DNA of 64,000 nt from NCBI GenBank assembly GCA_002790835.1, contig PFVX01000079.1:3130-67129 (forward strand), written 5' to 3'. Positions 1 to 8,282 of this stretch are shown one piece after another; position 1 is the stretch's first letter; the number at the start of each line of letters is the position of its first letter. The notes beneath the pieces are model-generated. The model ran no database searches. It was not told where the DNA came from and saw nothing but the letters and a program-made list of their open reading frames with translations. The DNA is from a bacterium CG_4_9_14_3_um_filter_65_15. GTDB taxonomy: Bacteria; Krumholzibacteriota; Krumholzibacteriia; LZORAL124-64-63. The translations under genes and the position numbers were made by a program.

Positions 1-401
1 TGGCCAAGGATGAGGCCGGTCATAAGGCCTACTTGATGCAGATCCGGGACGACCTGTTGCGCGAGCAGTCCATCGACGTCCTGCCCGAGGTGGATGCCGA
101 GCACGTCACCAATGTGCGGAGTGTTTTCGAGAACGCCATGACCTCGGTGAATGATCCCTACAACTTCGAGCTCGAGGAACTGGAGATCATCAAGGGCGCC
201 ATGGACGTCGAGCGGCGGGGTTATCACATGTACGCCGACGGCGCCGCCGAGATGACCTCTCCCCGTGCGCGCCAGCTTTTTGAGCACCTGGCCGGTGAAG
301 AGCAGAACCACTTCATCCTGCTCAAGAACACCTTCGACTTCATGTCCGATCCCGAGGGCTTCCAGTCCTTCGACGGCCAGCCCATGCTGGACGGCGGCTA
401 G
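1..401 (+). CDS. Ferritin-like / rubrerythrin-family domain protein, 5'-partial (the reading frame is open from the window edge)
   Basis: The frame has no stop from nt 3. The translation contains an EEQNHF motif (an E-x-x-H diiron-type ligand) and is acidic and helical in character. It ends with TAG at 399-401. Confidence 0.5.
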   Translation, partial: AKDEAGHKAYLMQIRDDLLREQSIDVLPEVDAEHVTNVRSVFENAMTSVNDPYNFELEELEIIKGAMDVERRGYHMYADGAAEMTSPRARQLFEHLAGEEQNHFILLKNTFDFMSDPEGFQSFDGQPMLDGG

Positions 402-404
402 ACC

Positions 405-1442
405 TTGGTCGAATCCGAGCGTCGAGACTTCTTCCGCCGCGTCGTCGCCATGTCTCCCATGGCGACGGGCGGCAACCTTCCCTATCGCCGACTTTGCCGC
501 GAGTATGGTGCCGTAAGGACCTGCAGTGAAATGGTCCTGGCGCACAAGCTCGTCAAGGGCGGCGAGCGGACCCTGCTGCGTCACCACCCCGAGGAAACCG
601 ATTTCGGCGTCCAGCTTGCGGGGAAACACCCCGAAGTGATGGCCGAGGCGGCGGTGATCGGCGTCGAATCCGGCGCGGCCTTCATCGACCTGAATTTCGG
701 TTGCCCCATCGATCTGGTCGTCCGCAAGGGGATGGGAGCCGCCCTCCTGCGCCGCCCGACCAAACTGGTCGAGGTGGTCGCCGCCGTGCGCGAGGCCGTG
801 GACGTTCCCCTGTCCGTCAAGATCCGGCTGGGGTATTCCCAGAAGGAGCTCAATTGCGTGCAGGTGGCCCTGCGGGTCGAAGAGGCCGGGGCCGATGCCA
901 TCGGGATCCACGGTCGGACCCGCAACCAGCGCTACCGGATGAGCGCGGACTGGGCACTCATCGACGAGGTTGCCCGCGCGGTCTCCTTGCCGGTCCTCGG
1001 CAACGGCGACCTTCTGACCTGCTGGGATCTGGAGCGCCGGCGCCGGGAGACCTGCGTGGAATCCTTCCTGGTGGCCCGCGGCGCCCTGGTCAAACCCTGG
1101 GTTTTCGCCGAACTGCACGAGGGCCGTCCGCTGGATCCCCAGCCGGTGGAGCGCTGGAGCATGATGCGTCGCTACCTCGATCTGGCCCGCGAACACTTCG
1201 GGGACGACGAGCAGGGCATGACCCGGGTGCGCCGTTTCTTTCTGTGGCACCTGGGGTTCTGGAACCGCTATTACCCCTGGCAGGAAGAGGATTTCCTGCG
1301 GACGGCGCCGGAATCGCTGTTGCAGGCCCGCAACCCGCACCCCCCGGATGATCCGCAATGGCAGCTCCTGGCCAGCGCCGAGGAAGCAGACCACGAACGG
1401 ATCTGGGAGCGCCTGCTGGCGGGGGAGCACCCGGTAGTTTGA
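405..1442 (+). CDS. dus: tRNA-dihydrouridine synthase (Dus family, TIM-barrel flavoenzyme)
   Basis: 345 aa. The N-terminal AMSPMATGGNLPYRRLCREYGA sequence and the FGCP...VKIRLG...GIHGRT pattern are typical of DusB/DusC. Confidence 0.85.
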   Translation: MVESERRDFFRRVVAMSPMATGGNLPYRRLCREYGAVRTCSEMVLAHKLVKGGERTLLRHHPEETDFGVQLAGKHPEVMAEAAVIGVESGAAFIDLNFGCPIDLVVRKGMGAALLRRPTKLVEVVAAVREAVDVPLSVKIRLGYSQKELNCVQVALRVEEAGADAIGIHGRTRNQRYRMSADWALIDEVARAVSLPVLGNGDLLTCWDLERRRRETCVESFLVARGALVKPWVFAELHEGRPLDPQPVERWSMMRRYLDLAREHFGDDEQGMTRVRRFFLWHLGFWNRYYPWQEEDFLRTAPESLLQARNPHPPDDPQWQLLASAEEADHERIWERLLAGEHPVV

Positions 1443-1542
1443 CCGTGCGCCGGGCAGGATTTTCCTTGGCCCGTGCTGGGGCATCAATCATTATCTTGCC
1501 GGCAACCGCTGGACGAGCCGCTCAGGCGAAGGGAGTGTGGGC

Positions 1543-2118
1543 ATGCGAATCTACACCCGAACCGGAGACCAGGGACAGACATCCCTGGGTGACGGCACTC
1601 GCTTGCCCAAGTCGGCGCCCCGGATCGATCTCTACGGGGATATCGACGAACTGAACAGCGTCCTGGGCTGTTGTCTGTCCGTGCTGCCGGCGGAGCAGGA
1701 GGGGACTCTGGCCACCCTGCATGCCGCGCTGCTGGAAATCCAGGATCAACTCTTCGCCTTGGGCATGGTGATCGCCGACCCGGGTCGCTGCCGGGCCGGT
1801 CAGAACCAGGAGCAGGCCTCTTTCCCTGTGAAACGGCTGGAGGATCTCATCGACGGTCTGGACCGCGACCTGCCTCCCCTGAAGAATTTTATCCTGCCCG
1901 GCGGAACTTCCGCCTCGGGATTCCTGCACCTCGCGCGGACGGTCTGCCGTCGCTGCGAACGCAAGGCCGTGGCCCTGGCCGCCGACGAGCCCGTGCCCGC
2001 CTCCGCGGTCATCTTCCTCAATCGCCTCAGCGATTTCCTGTTCACCGCCGCCCGGTCCGCCAACCTCGCGGCGCGGGTGGACGACGTTCCCTGGGCCCCG
2101 AACGGGCAGGACGATTGA
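1543..2118 (+). CDS. PduO-type ATP:cob(I)alamin adenosyltransferase
   Basis: The translation MRIYTRTGDQGQTSLGDG...IDLYGDIDELNSVLG...ILPGGTSASGFLHLARTVCRRCER matches PduO/MMAB-type adenosyltransferases. A GGGAG ribosome-binding site lies 7 nt upstream of the ATG at 1543. The ORF track starts earlier, at a GTG at 1537. Confidence 0.85.
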   Translation: MRIYTRTGDQGQTSLGDGTRLPKSAPRIDLYGDIDELNSVLGCCLSVLPAEQEGTLATLHAALLEIQDQLFALGMVIADPGRCRAGQNQEQASFPVKRLEDLIDGLDRDLPPLKNFILPGGTSASGFLHLARTVCRRCERKAVALAADEPVPASAVIFLNRLSDFLFTAARSANLAARVDDVPWAPNGQDD

Positions 2119-2742
2119 GTGTTCGGTCTGCTTTTTTCCTCGTTTTCGCTGAATAAACCCGACCCGGCAGAGGTATCACCCCTGCAAACGGAGGAACGGG
2201 ATGGTGACCGCCGGGACATCAAGCTTTTTCTGGCGGGCCAGGACCGGGGATTCGAGGACCTGATGAACAGATATCGCCAGAGCGCCTACGGCATTGCCCT
2301 GGGGCTGACCGGCAACCACGACGATGCCATGGACGCCGTCCAGAGGGCGTTCATCAGCGTCCATCGTTCCCTGCCGCGGTTTCGGCTCGCTGAACCCTTC
2401 TTTCCCTGGTTGTACCGGATCGTCCGCAACGCGGCCTTGAATCAACGACGCAACGAAGGGCGCCACCGGGGTGACGTGCCCCTGGAATGGGTGAGGCAGG
2501 GCGACGGGCGGCCCGATCCGCTGCAACAGACCGAGGCGGAGGATTTGCGCCGTCGCTTGTGGGAGGGCATCGGGGAATTGCCGCCGGCCCAGCGGGAGGT
2601 CTTCCTCCTGTACCATTTCCAGGGCCTGAAGTACCGCCGCATCGCCGACACCCTGGGGATTCCCATCGGGACGGTCATGTCGCGCCTGCACAACGCCCGC
2701 CTGCAGTTGCGCCAAGCCATGGGCCTGGAGTCGGAATCATGA
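2119..2742 (+). CDS. ECF-subfamily RNA polymerase sigma-70 factor
   Basis: Region-2 and region-4 sequences are present (LMNRYRQSAYGIALGLTGNHDDAMDAVQRAFISV; REVFLLYHFQGLKYRRIADTLGIPIGTVMSRLHNAR). The GTG start at 2119 is uncertain. The stop overlaps the next start (ATGA). Confidence 0.85.
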   Translation: MFGLLFSSFSLNKPDPAEVSPLQTEERDGDRRDIKLFLAGQDRGFEDLMNRYRQSAYGIALGLTGNHDDAMDAVQRAFISVHRSLPRFRLAEPFFPWLYRIVRNAALNQRRNEGRHRGDVPLEWVRQGDGRPDPLQQTEAEDLRRRLWEGIGELPPAQREVFLLYHFQGLKYRRIADTLGIPIGTVMSRLHNARLQLRQAMGLESES

Positions 2743-3197
2743 ACAACAGCCGGCAGAACCGCGAAGACGACGCCTTGCTCAGCGCCTATGTCGATGGGGA
2801 ACTCGGCCCGCAGGAGGCCGATGCCGTCGAGAAGCGCTTGGCGGAGGACGAACGAGCCCGCCTGCTCGTGGAGCAGCTCCGGCGGATGAAAGAGATCACC
2901 GGAGCCATGCGCATCAAGGACCCGCCCCGGGAGGAGTGGGAAAGGTTCTGGCAGGTCCACTACAACCGTGTGGAACGGTCCCTGGGCTGGCTGCTGTTCG
3001 CCACGGGAGGGCTTGTGGTGCTCGCGTGGGCGGCCTTGTCCCTGATCAACGCCATCTGGAACAGCACCGCACTGCCCGCCCTGGTCCGCTGGGGATCCGT
3101 GGCGGCGGTGGCGGGTGTGGTCGTCCTGCTGGTCTCGGTCGTGCGGGAGCGCTGGCACGTCCGACGGACCACGCGCTACAAGGACATCGCCCGCTGA
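2739..3197 (+). CDS. Anti-sigma factor (single-pass membrane protein with an N-terminal anti-sigma domain)
   Basis: The ATG at 2739 overlaps the sigma-factor stop (ATGA). The translation carries the LSAYVDGEL motif typical of RsrA/ChrR-like anti-sigma N-termini, plus one central transmembrane helix (LLFATGGLVVLAWAALSL...VAAVAGVVVLLVSVV). Confidence 0.7.
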   Translation: MNNSRQNREDDALLSAYVDGELGPQEADAVEKRLAEDERARLLVEQLRRMKEITGAMRIKDPPREEWERFWQVHYNRVERSLGWLLFATGGLVVLAWAALSLINAIWNSTALPALVRWGSVAAVAGVVVLLVSVVRERWHVRRTTRYKDIAR

Positions 3198-3208
3198 AAG
3201 GAAGATCC

Positions 3209-3550
3209 ATGGAAGACGACAATCGCGACATGATGGTGGTCACTACCGAAACGATTCCCGGCAAGCGCATTACCCGGACGGTGGGTCTGGTACGGGGGAA
3301 CACCATCCGCGCCCGGCACATCGGGCACGACATCATGGCCGGCCTGAAAAACATGGTCGGCGGCGAGATCAGCGATTACACCAAGATGATCGCCGAGTGC
3401 CGCGAGGAAGCCCTCGATCGCATGGTGGACCAGGCGCGCGCCAACGGCGCCAACGCCGTGGTCGGGGTGCGTTTCGCCACCAGCGAAATGATGGAGCACG
3501 CAGCCGAGCTGCTGGCCTACGGCACGGCGGTGGTGGTCGAGGACCAATAG
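3209..3550 (+). CDS. YbjQ/UPF0145 (DUF74) family protein
   Basis: 113 aa. MEDDNRDMMVVTTETIPGKRITRTVGLVRGNTIRARHIGHDIMAGLKNMVGGEISDYTKMIAECREEA...AVVGVRF is classic YbjQ. Confidence 0.8.
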   Translation: MEDDNRDMMVVTTETIPGKRITRTVGLVRGNTIRARHIGHDIMAGLKNMVGGEISDYTKMIAECREEALDRMVDQARANGANAVVGVRFATSEMMEHAAELLAYGTAVVVEDQ

Positions 3551-3587
3551 CCGCGCCGTCATGCGTGGCCAATAGGACAAAAAGAAA

Positions 3588-3618
3588 AGAGGACGCACGA
3601 ACGGCGTCCTCTTTTTCT
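3588..3618. terminator. Bidirectional intrinsic terminator hairpin
   Basis: A 9-bp stem (agaggacgc / gcgtcctct) with a 7-nt loop. It is followed by TTTTTCT on the + strand and preceded by an A-run that gives a U-tract on the - strand. It sits between the convergent ybjQ-like and ferredoxin genes. Confidence 0.7.
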
Positions 3619-3651
3619 CATCGGTCGCAGGAAAACGAGGGGCCCGAAAGC

Positions 3652-3831
3652 CTACTCGTCGACCATGCTGATGGCTTCCTCGGGACAGGCGTCCACGCAG
3701 GCTTCGCAATCAATACACTCATCGGAGTTGACTACGGCCTTGCCCTCGACCATGGAGATGACCTCGGTGGGGCAGGCGTCCACGCAATCTTCACAACCGG
3801 CACACTTGGCTTCGTCGACCTTGGCGGGCAT
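3652..3831 (-). CDS. 2x[4Fe-4S] ferredoxin
   Basis: 59 aa carrying two CxxCxxCxxxCP motifs (CAGCEDCVDACP; CIDCEACVDACP). The start is taken at the MPAKV methionine. Confidence 0.8.
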   Translation of the reverse strand: MPAKVDEAKCAGCEDCVDACPTEVISMVEGKAVVNSDECIDCEACVDACPEEAISMVDE

Positions 3832-3970
3832 TGCTCTTCCTCCTGAGACATGGTGCAGGCGCCGCATCGTGCGGCAAACTGGGAGAAAGGTAAGTCATGA
3901 TAGAGCGATGTCAAATCGACAATGATTCTCATGAAACAGACAACTGATTGACCATATGGAGATTACCGAA

Positions 3971-4426
3971 TCACCCGTTGGAGCCCGCAGCCATTTTCCG
4001 CAGGTGGGAGAGTTCGGGCCCGGCGTCGCGGAAGAATAGCGGCGGCAGGCACAGCACCAGCAGACCGAAATCGCGCAACAGAAGGGTGATCCCGACCGCG
4101 TGGCCGCCGTCGGTATGGAAGCAACCACAGCTGATGTCCAGCCCGCGAACCAGGGCGCTGGCGATGGCGACGATGAAGATTACCGTGAGCACCGCCGCCA
4201 ACATTGCCGCACCTCGACGCAGGACACCGAACACCAGGGCGAGCCCCACGATCAGTTCGAGGATCGGCAGGCCGTGGGCCATGGGATGCAGGAGGGCGTA
4301 GGGGACCAGGTGATAATGGTCGATGGCCGCGGCAAAAGCCCCGGGCTTCTGCAGCTTGTCCAGGCAGGCGAAAAGAAAGATTCCCCCGGTCACCAGACGA
4401 CAGCCGAAGCCCACCCAGCGCATCAT
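3971..4426 (-). CDS. MauE/DoxX-like integral membrane protein
   Basis: 151 aa with 4 predicted transmembrane helices and the DISCGCF motif typical of the methylamine-utilisation MauE family. The start overlaps the upstream rhodanese stop. Confidence 0.65.
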   Translation of the reverse strand: MMRWVGFGCRLVTGGIFLFACLDKLQKPGAFAAAIDHYHLVPYALLHPMAHGLPILELIVGLALVFGVLRRGAAMLAAVLTVIFIVAIASALVRGLDISCGCFHTDGGHAVGITLLLRDFGLLVLCLPPLFFRDAGPELSHLRKMAAGSNG

Positions 4427-4932
4427 GGCCCGGACTCCCCGGTCAAAGGGGCGCCGGCTGCCCGCCAGGCCTCGAGTCCGCCCGAAAGGATCTCCAGGTC
4501 GACGTATCCCCGAGCCTTCAGGCGGGCGGCGATGGACGAAGCCAGGGACAGGTTTCCGTCCCCGAACAGGATCAGCGGGTCTTCGGGAGTGATGAAATCG
4601 AAGAGGTCCAGCAGGTCGTCGTCGAAGCTGTCCTGCCGGATGGGAACCGAACCCGGGATGGTCGGGGTTGCGCCGATCGGGCCGGGCCTCGTGTCGACGA
4701 ACAGATGGGTGCCGGCGTCGTAAAGGGCGACGGCCTGCTTCGTCGCGATCAAGGGGGCGTCCAGTTCCAGCTTGTAGAAGGTCGGGTCCGCGCTCAGGGG
4801 AAGGCGGTCGGGCCGCAAGGCCCAGCTGACCGCGGTCACGGCCAGGACGATGACCGACAGGGCGCAGGCCTCCATCAACGGCCTGCGCAGGTTCAATTTC
4901 CCCGGGGGTGAGGTCGCGGCCGAAGCTCCCAT
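4423..4932 (-). CDS. Membrane-anchored rhodanese-domain sulfurtransferase
   Basis: One N-terminal transmembrane helix followed by a single rhodanese fold (VALYDAGTHLFVDTRPGP...ILFGDGNLSLASSIAARLKARGYVDLEILSGGLEAW). An alternative start at 4875 is possible. Confidence 0.65.
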   Translation of the reverse strand: MGASAATSPPGKLNLRRPLMEACALSVIVLAVTAVSWALRPDRLPLSADPTFYKLELDAPLIATKQAVALYDAGTHLFVDTRPGPIGATPTIPGSVPIRQDSFDDDLLDLFDFITPEDPLILFGDGNLSLASSIAARLKARGYVDLEILSGGLEAWRAAGAPLTGESGP

Positions 4933-4939
4933 GCCGGCG

Positions 4940-5947
4940 CTACATCCTGACCATGTAGGTCACCGGAACGATGATCTCGGGCATCGCCTTCAGGTCGGTC
5001 TTGATGGTGATGGAGCCCTGGATGCGCCCCTTGGTGTGGATGGCGCGGGGGTCGTCCGCACCGATGGGCGAGCCCGTGATGGGGATGGCATAGGCCCCGT
5101 TGGGAATGGTGATGGTCTTGCCGATTGTCAACTCGGACAGATCGGTGGTCACGCTGAGAATCTTGAAGGCGTCTTGGTCGTGGAAAGGCTTCAGGCGGAG
5201 GTTGACCTGGAACTGGGGCTGGAACCGGAAACTCACCCGCCGCGGCATGACCTCGATGGGGCTGAAGACCTGGGCGTTGATGTCGAGATCCACCGTCGGC
5301 ATTCCCTTGACGTTGGTTTCCACGCGCACGATGTCGTGATGGTTGCCGGGTTCCATATCGGCGGGACGGGTGACCACGAGTTCGGCCCGCGACGGGTTGC
5401 CGTCGACATGGTTCCGGGCCTCGACCTGGAAAAACTGCTGCATGGTGCGGTCGGCCTTGATCTCCAGGTCATGGCCCTCCATGGCGGTGAAGTTCACCAC
5501 CTGGGATTCGCTCTCTCCCTGCAACGACCGCAGAAAGGCGACCCGGCGATCCGGGGTGATGTCCAGCAGGGAGTGGATGTTTGCGGTCAGCACCAGATTC
5601 GCCACCGACGACATTGGGTCATTCGAATGGATCTTGATGGCCTTGATGACTGTTCCGGTGAAGTTCTTGCTGTTGAACTGGATTTCCAGGGGCGCGGATT
5701 CACCGGGGAGGATCTCCTTGACCTTCATCTCGGGGATGGTGCAGCCACAGTCGGGGACCACGTCGGAGATGATCAAAAGGCCGCCGCCGTCGTTGCGGAT
5801 GGTCGCGGTGAAGGTCCGGGTCTCTTCCTGCATCATGTCCCCGAAGTCGTAGGTGGGGGGATCCACGACGATGCTCTGGGCAATGGCGGAAGAACCCGGC
5901 GAAACCGACAGGGCGAGCAGGACGAACAGGATGGCGATTCTGCGCAT
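4940..5947 (-). CDS. Secreted DUF1573-domain protein with a C-terminal extension of about 250 aa
   Basis: Signal peptide MRRIAILFVLLALSVSPGSSAIA. The DUF1573-like core is YDFGDM...TFTATIRNDGGGLLIISDVVPDCGCTIP. The start at 5947 has a GAAAGG ribosome-binding site. Confidence 0.6.
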   Translation of the reverse strand: MRRIAILFVLLALSVSPGSSAIAQSIVVDPPTYDFGDMMQEETRTFTATIRNDGGGLLIISDVVPDCGCTIPEMKVKEILPGESAPLEIQFNSKNFTGTVIKAIKIHSNDPMSSVANLVLTANIHSLLDITPDRRVAFLRSLQGESESQVVNFTAMEGHDLEIKADRTMQQFFQVEARNHVDGNPSRAELVVTRPADMEPGNHHDIVRVETNVKGMPTVDLDINAQVFSPIEVMPRRVSFRFQPQFQVNLRLKPFHDQDAFKILSVTTDLSELTIGKTITIPNGAYAIPITGSPIGADDPRAIHTKGRIQGSITIKTDLKAMPEIIVPVTYMVRM

Positions 5948-6183
5948 GACGGACCTTTCTGACCTCGATCGAGACGGGAGTGGCGAAGCCGCTGCAGCGG
6001 CAGGGCGAGGAAACAATCGCCGAATCCCGAAGTTCCCTTCCACAGTTTGATAATGTTGGGTAATTTCAGTCGCGTGGCAAGTAATCTTGGCCTGCGGCGG
6101 CTTCGGGGAGGCGATTTTCCCGGTTCTTGCTAAAATAAGATCGAACCAGACCAATATGTTTTCCCGAGCCCGGAGGTTTAATC

Positions 6184-7122
6184 ATGTCCGAGAGGATTTT
6201 CCATTCCGTGACCGAGTTGATCGGAGGAACCCCTCTGGTCCGCATCAACCACCTGACCGACGGGGCCGCCGACCTGGTGGTCAAACTCGAGTCGCTCAAT
6301 CCCATGTCCAGTGTCAAGGATCGCATCGGTCTGGCCATGATCGAGGCTGCGGAGAAGGACGGCCGGCTCAAACCGGGCGGCGAGATCATCGAACCGACGA
6401 GCGGAAATACGGGCATCGCCCTGGCCTTCATCGGCGCCGCCCGCGGTTACAAGGTGACCCTGGTCATGCCCGAAAGCATGTCCAAGGAGCGCCGGATCGT
6501 CATGCGGGCCCTGGGCGCCAACCTCGTGTTGACTCCTGCGTCCGAAGGCCTCAAGGGAACCATCGCCAAGGCGAAGCAGATGGCGGCCGAGAATCCGGAC
6601 GCCTTCATGCCCGACCAGTTCGCCAATCCCGCCAATCCCGAGGTCCACGCCCGGACCACCGCCGAGGAGATCTGGGCCGATACCGACGGGCGCGTGGATG
6701 TCTTTGTCGCCGGCATCGGCACCGGGGGCACCTTTACCGGGGTGGCGCGTCGGTTGCGCGAGCTCAACCCCGACCTGCTGGCGGTCGCCGTGGAGCCCGA
6801 GGGTTCGCCGGTGTTGTCGGGAGGGCAGCCGGGGCCGCACAAGATCCAGGGCATCGGGGGCGGCTTCGTGCCGGAAATCCTGGACACGAGCCTGATTTCG
6901 GAGATCATCAAGGTGGGCGACGAGGAGGCCATGGAGATGGCCAGGCGGGCGGCGCTCGAAGAAGGCCTGCTGGTGGGGATCAGTTCGGGAGCGGCCCTGG
7001 TGGCCGGTTGCCGGCTGGCCGCGCGGCCGGACATGGCCGCCAAGCGGATCGTGGCCATCATTCCGTCCTTCGGTGAACGCTACCTTTCGTCCGATCTGTT
7101 CTCCGTTTATCGAGACGAGTGA
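6184..7122 (+). CDS. cysK: Cysteine synthase A (O-acetylserine sulfhydrylase)
   Basis: 312 aa. The PLP lysine motif SVKDRIG, the [10 protein letters not shown] sequence and the GIGTGGT loop are present. A GGAGG ribosome-binding site is upstream. Confidence 0.92.
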   Translation: MSERIFHSVTELIGGTPLVRINHLTDGAADLVVKLESLNPMSSVKDRIGLAMIEAAEKDGRLKPGGEIIEPTSGNTGIALAFIGAARGYKVTLVMPESMSKERRIVMRALGANLVLTPASEGLKGTIAKAKQMAAENPDAFMPDQFANPANPEVHARTTAEEIWADTDGRVDVFVAGIGTGGTFTGVARRLRELNPDLLAVAVEPEGSPVLSGGQPGPHKIQGIGGGFVPEILDTSLISEIIKVGDEEAMEMARRAALEEGLLVGISSGAALVAGCRLAARPDMAAKRIVAIIPSFGERYLSSDLFSVYRDE

Positions 7123-7125
7123 TTC

Positions 7126-8052
7126 ATGAATTCCGCCCAGAACAGCAGCTGGCTGCGCCGCCTGACCGCGGAACTCGTGGCCTCCTACCGGGAGCAGGGC
7201 GGGGTCAACATCATGGGCGATCGCCAGCTGCCGGCCCAGAAGGAGATCGTCCGCCTGCTGGAGGATCTGCAGGCCCTGGTGTTTCCCGGGTACCACGGGC
7301 AGGTCCTGCCCCGGGAGGCCGACCTGGAATTCCTGGTGGGCTCCCGTTTGGAGACCCTGGCTCGCGAACTGACCACCGTGATCAGCCAGACCCTGCGCTT
7401 CTGCTGGCACTCGGGTTGCCGCTGCTCGGAGCTGTGGGGCTCCACGGAGAATCAGGCGCCGGGAACCGAAGCCTTCGAGGCGGCGGCCCGGAGGGTGACC
7501 ACCCAGTACCTGGAACAGCTGCCCGGGATCCGCACCCTCCTGAATACCGACGTCCAGGCGGCCTTCGTGGGCGATCCGGCGGCGACGAACACCGAGGAGA
7601 TCATCCTCTGCTACCCTGGCATCACCGCCATCCTGGTGCACCGGTTGGCCCACCCGCTCTATGAGCTGGGCGTGCCCCTGTTGCCGCGCATCATGAGCGA
7701 GTGGGCTCATCACAGTTCGGGCGTGGACATCCACCCGGGCGCGCGCATCGGGCCGCACTTCTTCATCGACCACGGCACCGGTGTGGTGATCGGCGAGACC
7801 ACCGCGATCGGCGCGCACGTGAAGATCTATCAGGGGGTCACCCTGGGCGCCCTCAGCTTTCCCCGCAACCCCGACGGTACCCTCGTCAAGGGCGGGAAGC
7901 GGCACCCCACCATCGGCGACCGGGTGACGATCTACGCCAACGCCACCATCCTGGGCGGCGAGACGGTGATCGGTGATGGGGCGGTGATCGGCGGGGGCAT
8001 GTGGATCACCGATTCGGTGTCGGCGGGGGCGAAGGTGCTGAATTCCCGGTAA
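7126..8052 (+). CDS. cysE: Serine O-acetyltransferase (left-handed beta-helix), long N-terminal form
   Basis: Hexapeptide repeats and the DIHPGARIGPHFFIDHGTGVVIGETTAIG sequence. It lies immediately downstream of cysK. Confidence 0.88.
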   Translation: MNSAQNSSWLRRLTAELVASYREQGGVNIMGDRQLPAQKEIVRLLEDLQALVFPGYHGQVLPREADLEFLVGSRLETLARELTTVISQTLRFCWHSGCRCSELWGSTENQAPGTEAFEAAARRVTTQYLEQLPGIRTLLNTDVQAAFVGDPAATNTEEIILCYPGITAILVHRLAHPLYELGVPLLPRIMSEWAHHSSGVDIHPGARIGPHFFIDHGTGVVIGETTAIGAHVKIYQGVTLGALSFPRNPDGTLVKGGKRHPTIGDRVTIYANATILGGETVIGDGAVIGGGMWITDSVSAGAKVLNSR

Positions 8053-8282
8053 AAGACGGGTCGGTGCCCCGCGCCGGGTTGGGAAAAATGGGATGTCGAT
8101 CGTCGCGCCACGTGGAGGCGGCATTCCGCGAGAACCTGAAGTGGGGCATCCTGACTAAGGGGAACTATTTCGGGAGGCTGTTGTCAACCCTTTACCCCTG
8201 CTCGAATACCCCCTCCAAATGACCGGAATTTTCTCGGGTGAATGTTCGCACCTTGGGAAATCCTGCCTGAGAGTTGGTTATT

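Noticed and set aside
6178-8124. 648-aa minus-strand ORF
   Set aside because: Antisense to cysK and cysE, which both have unambiguous motifs on the plus strand.
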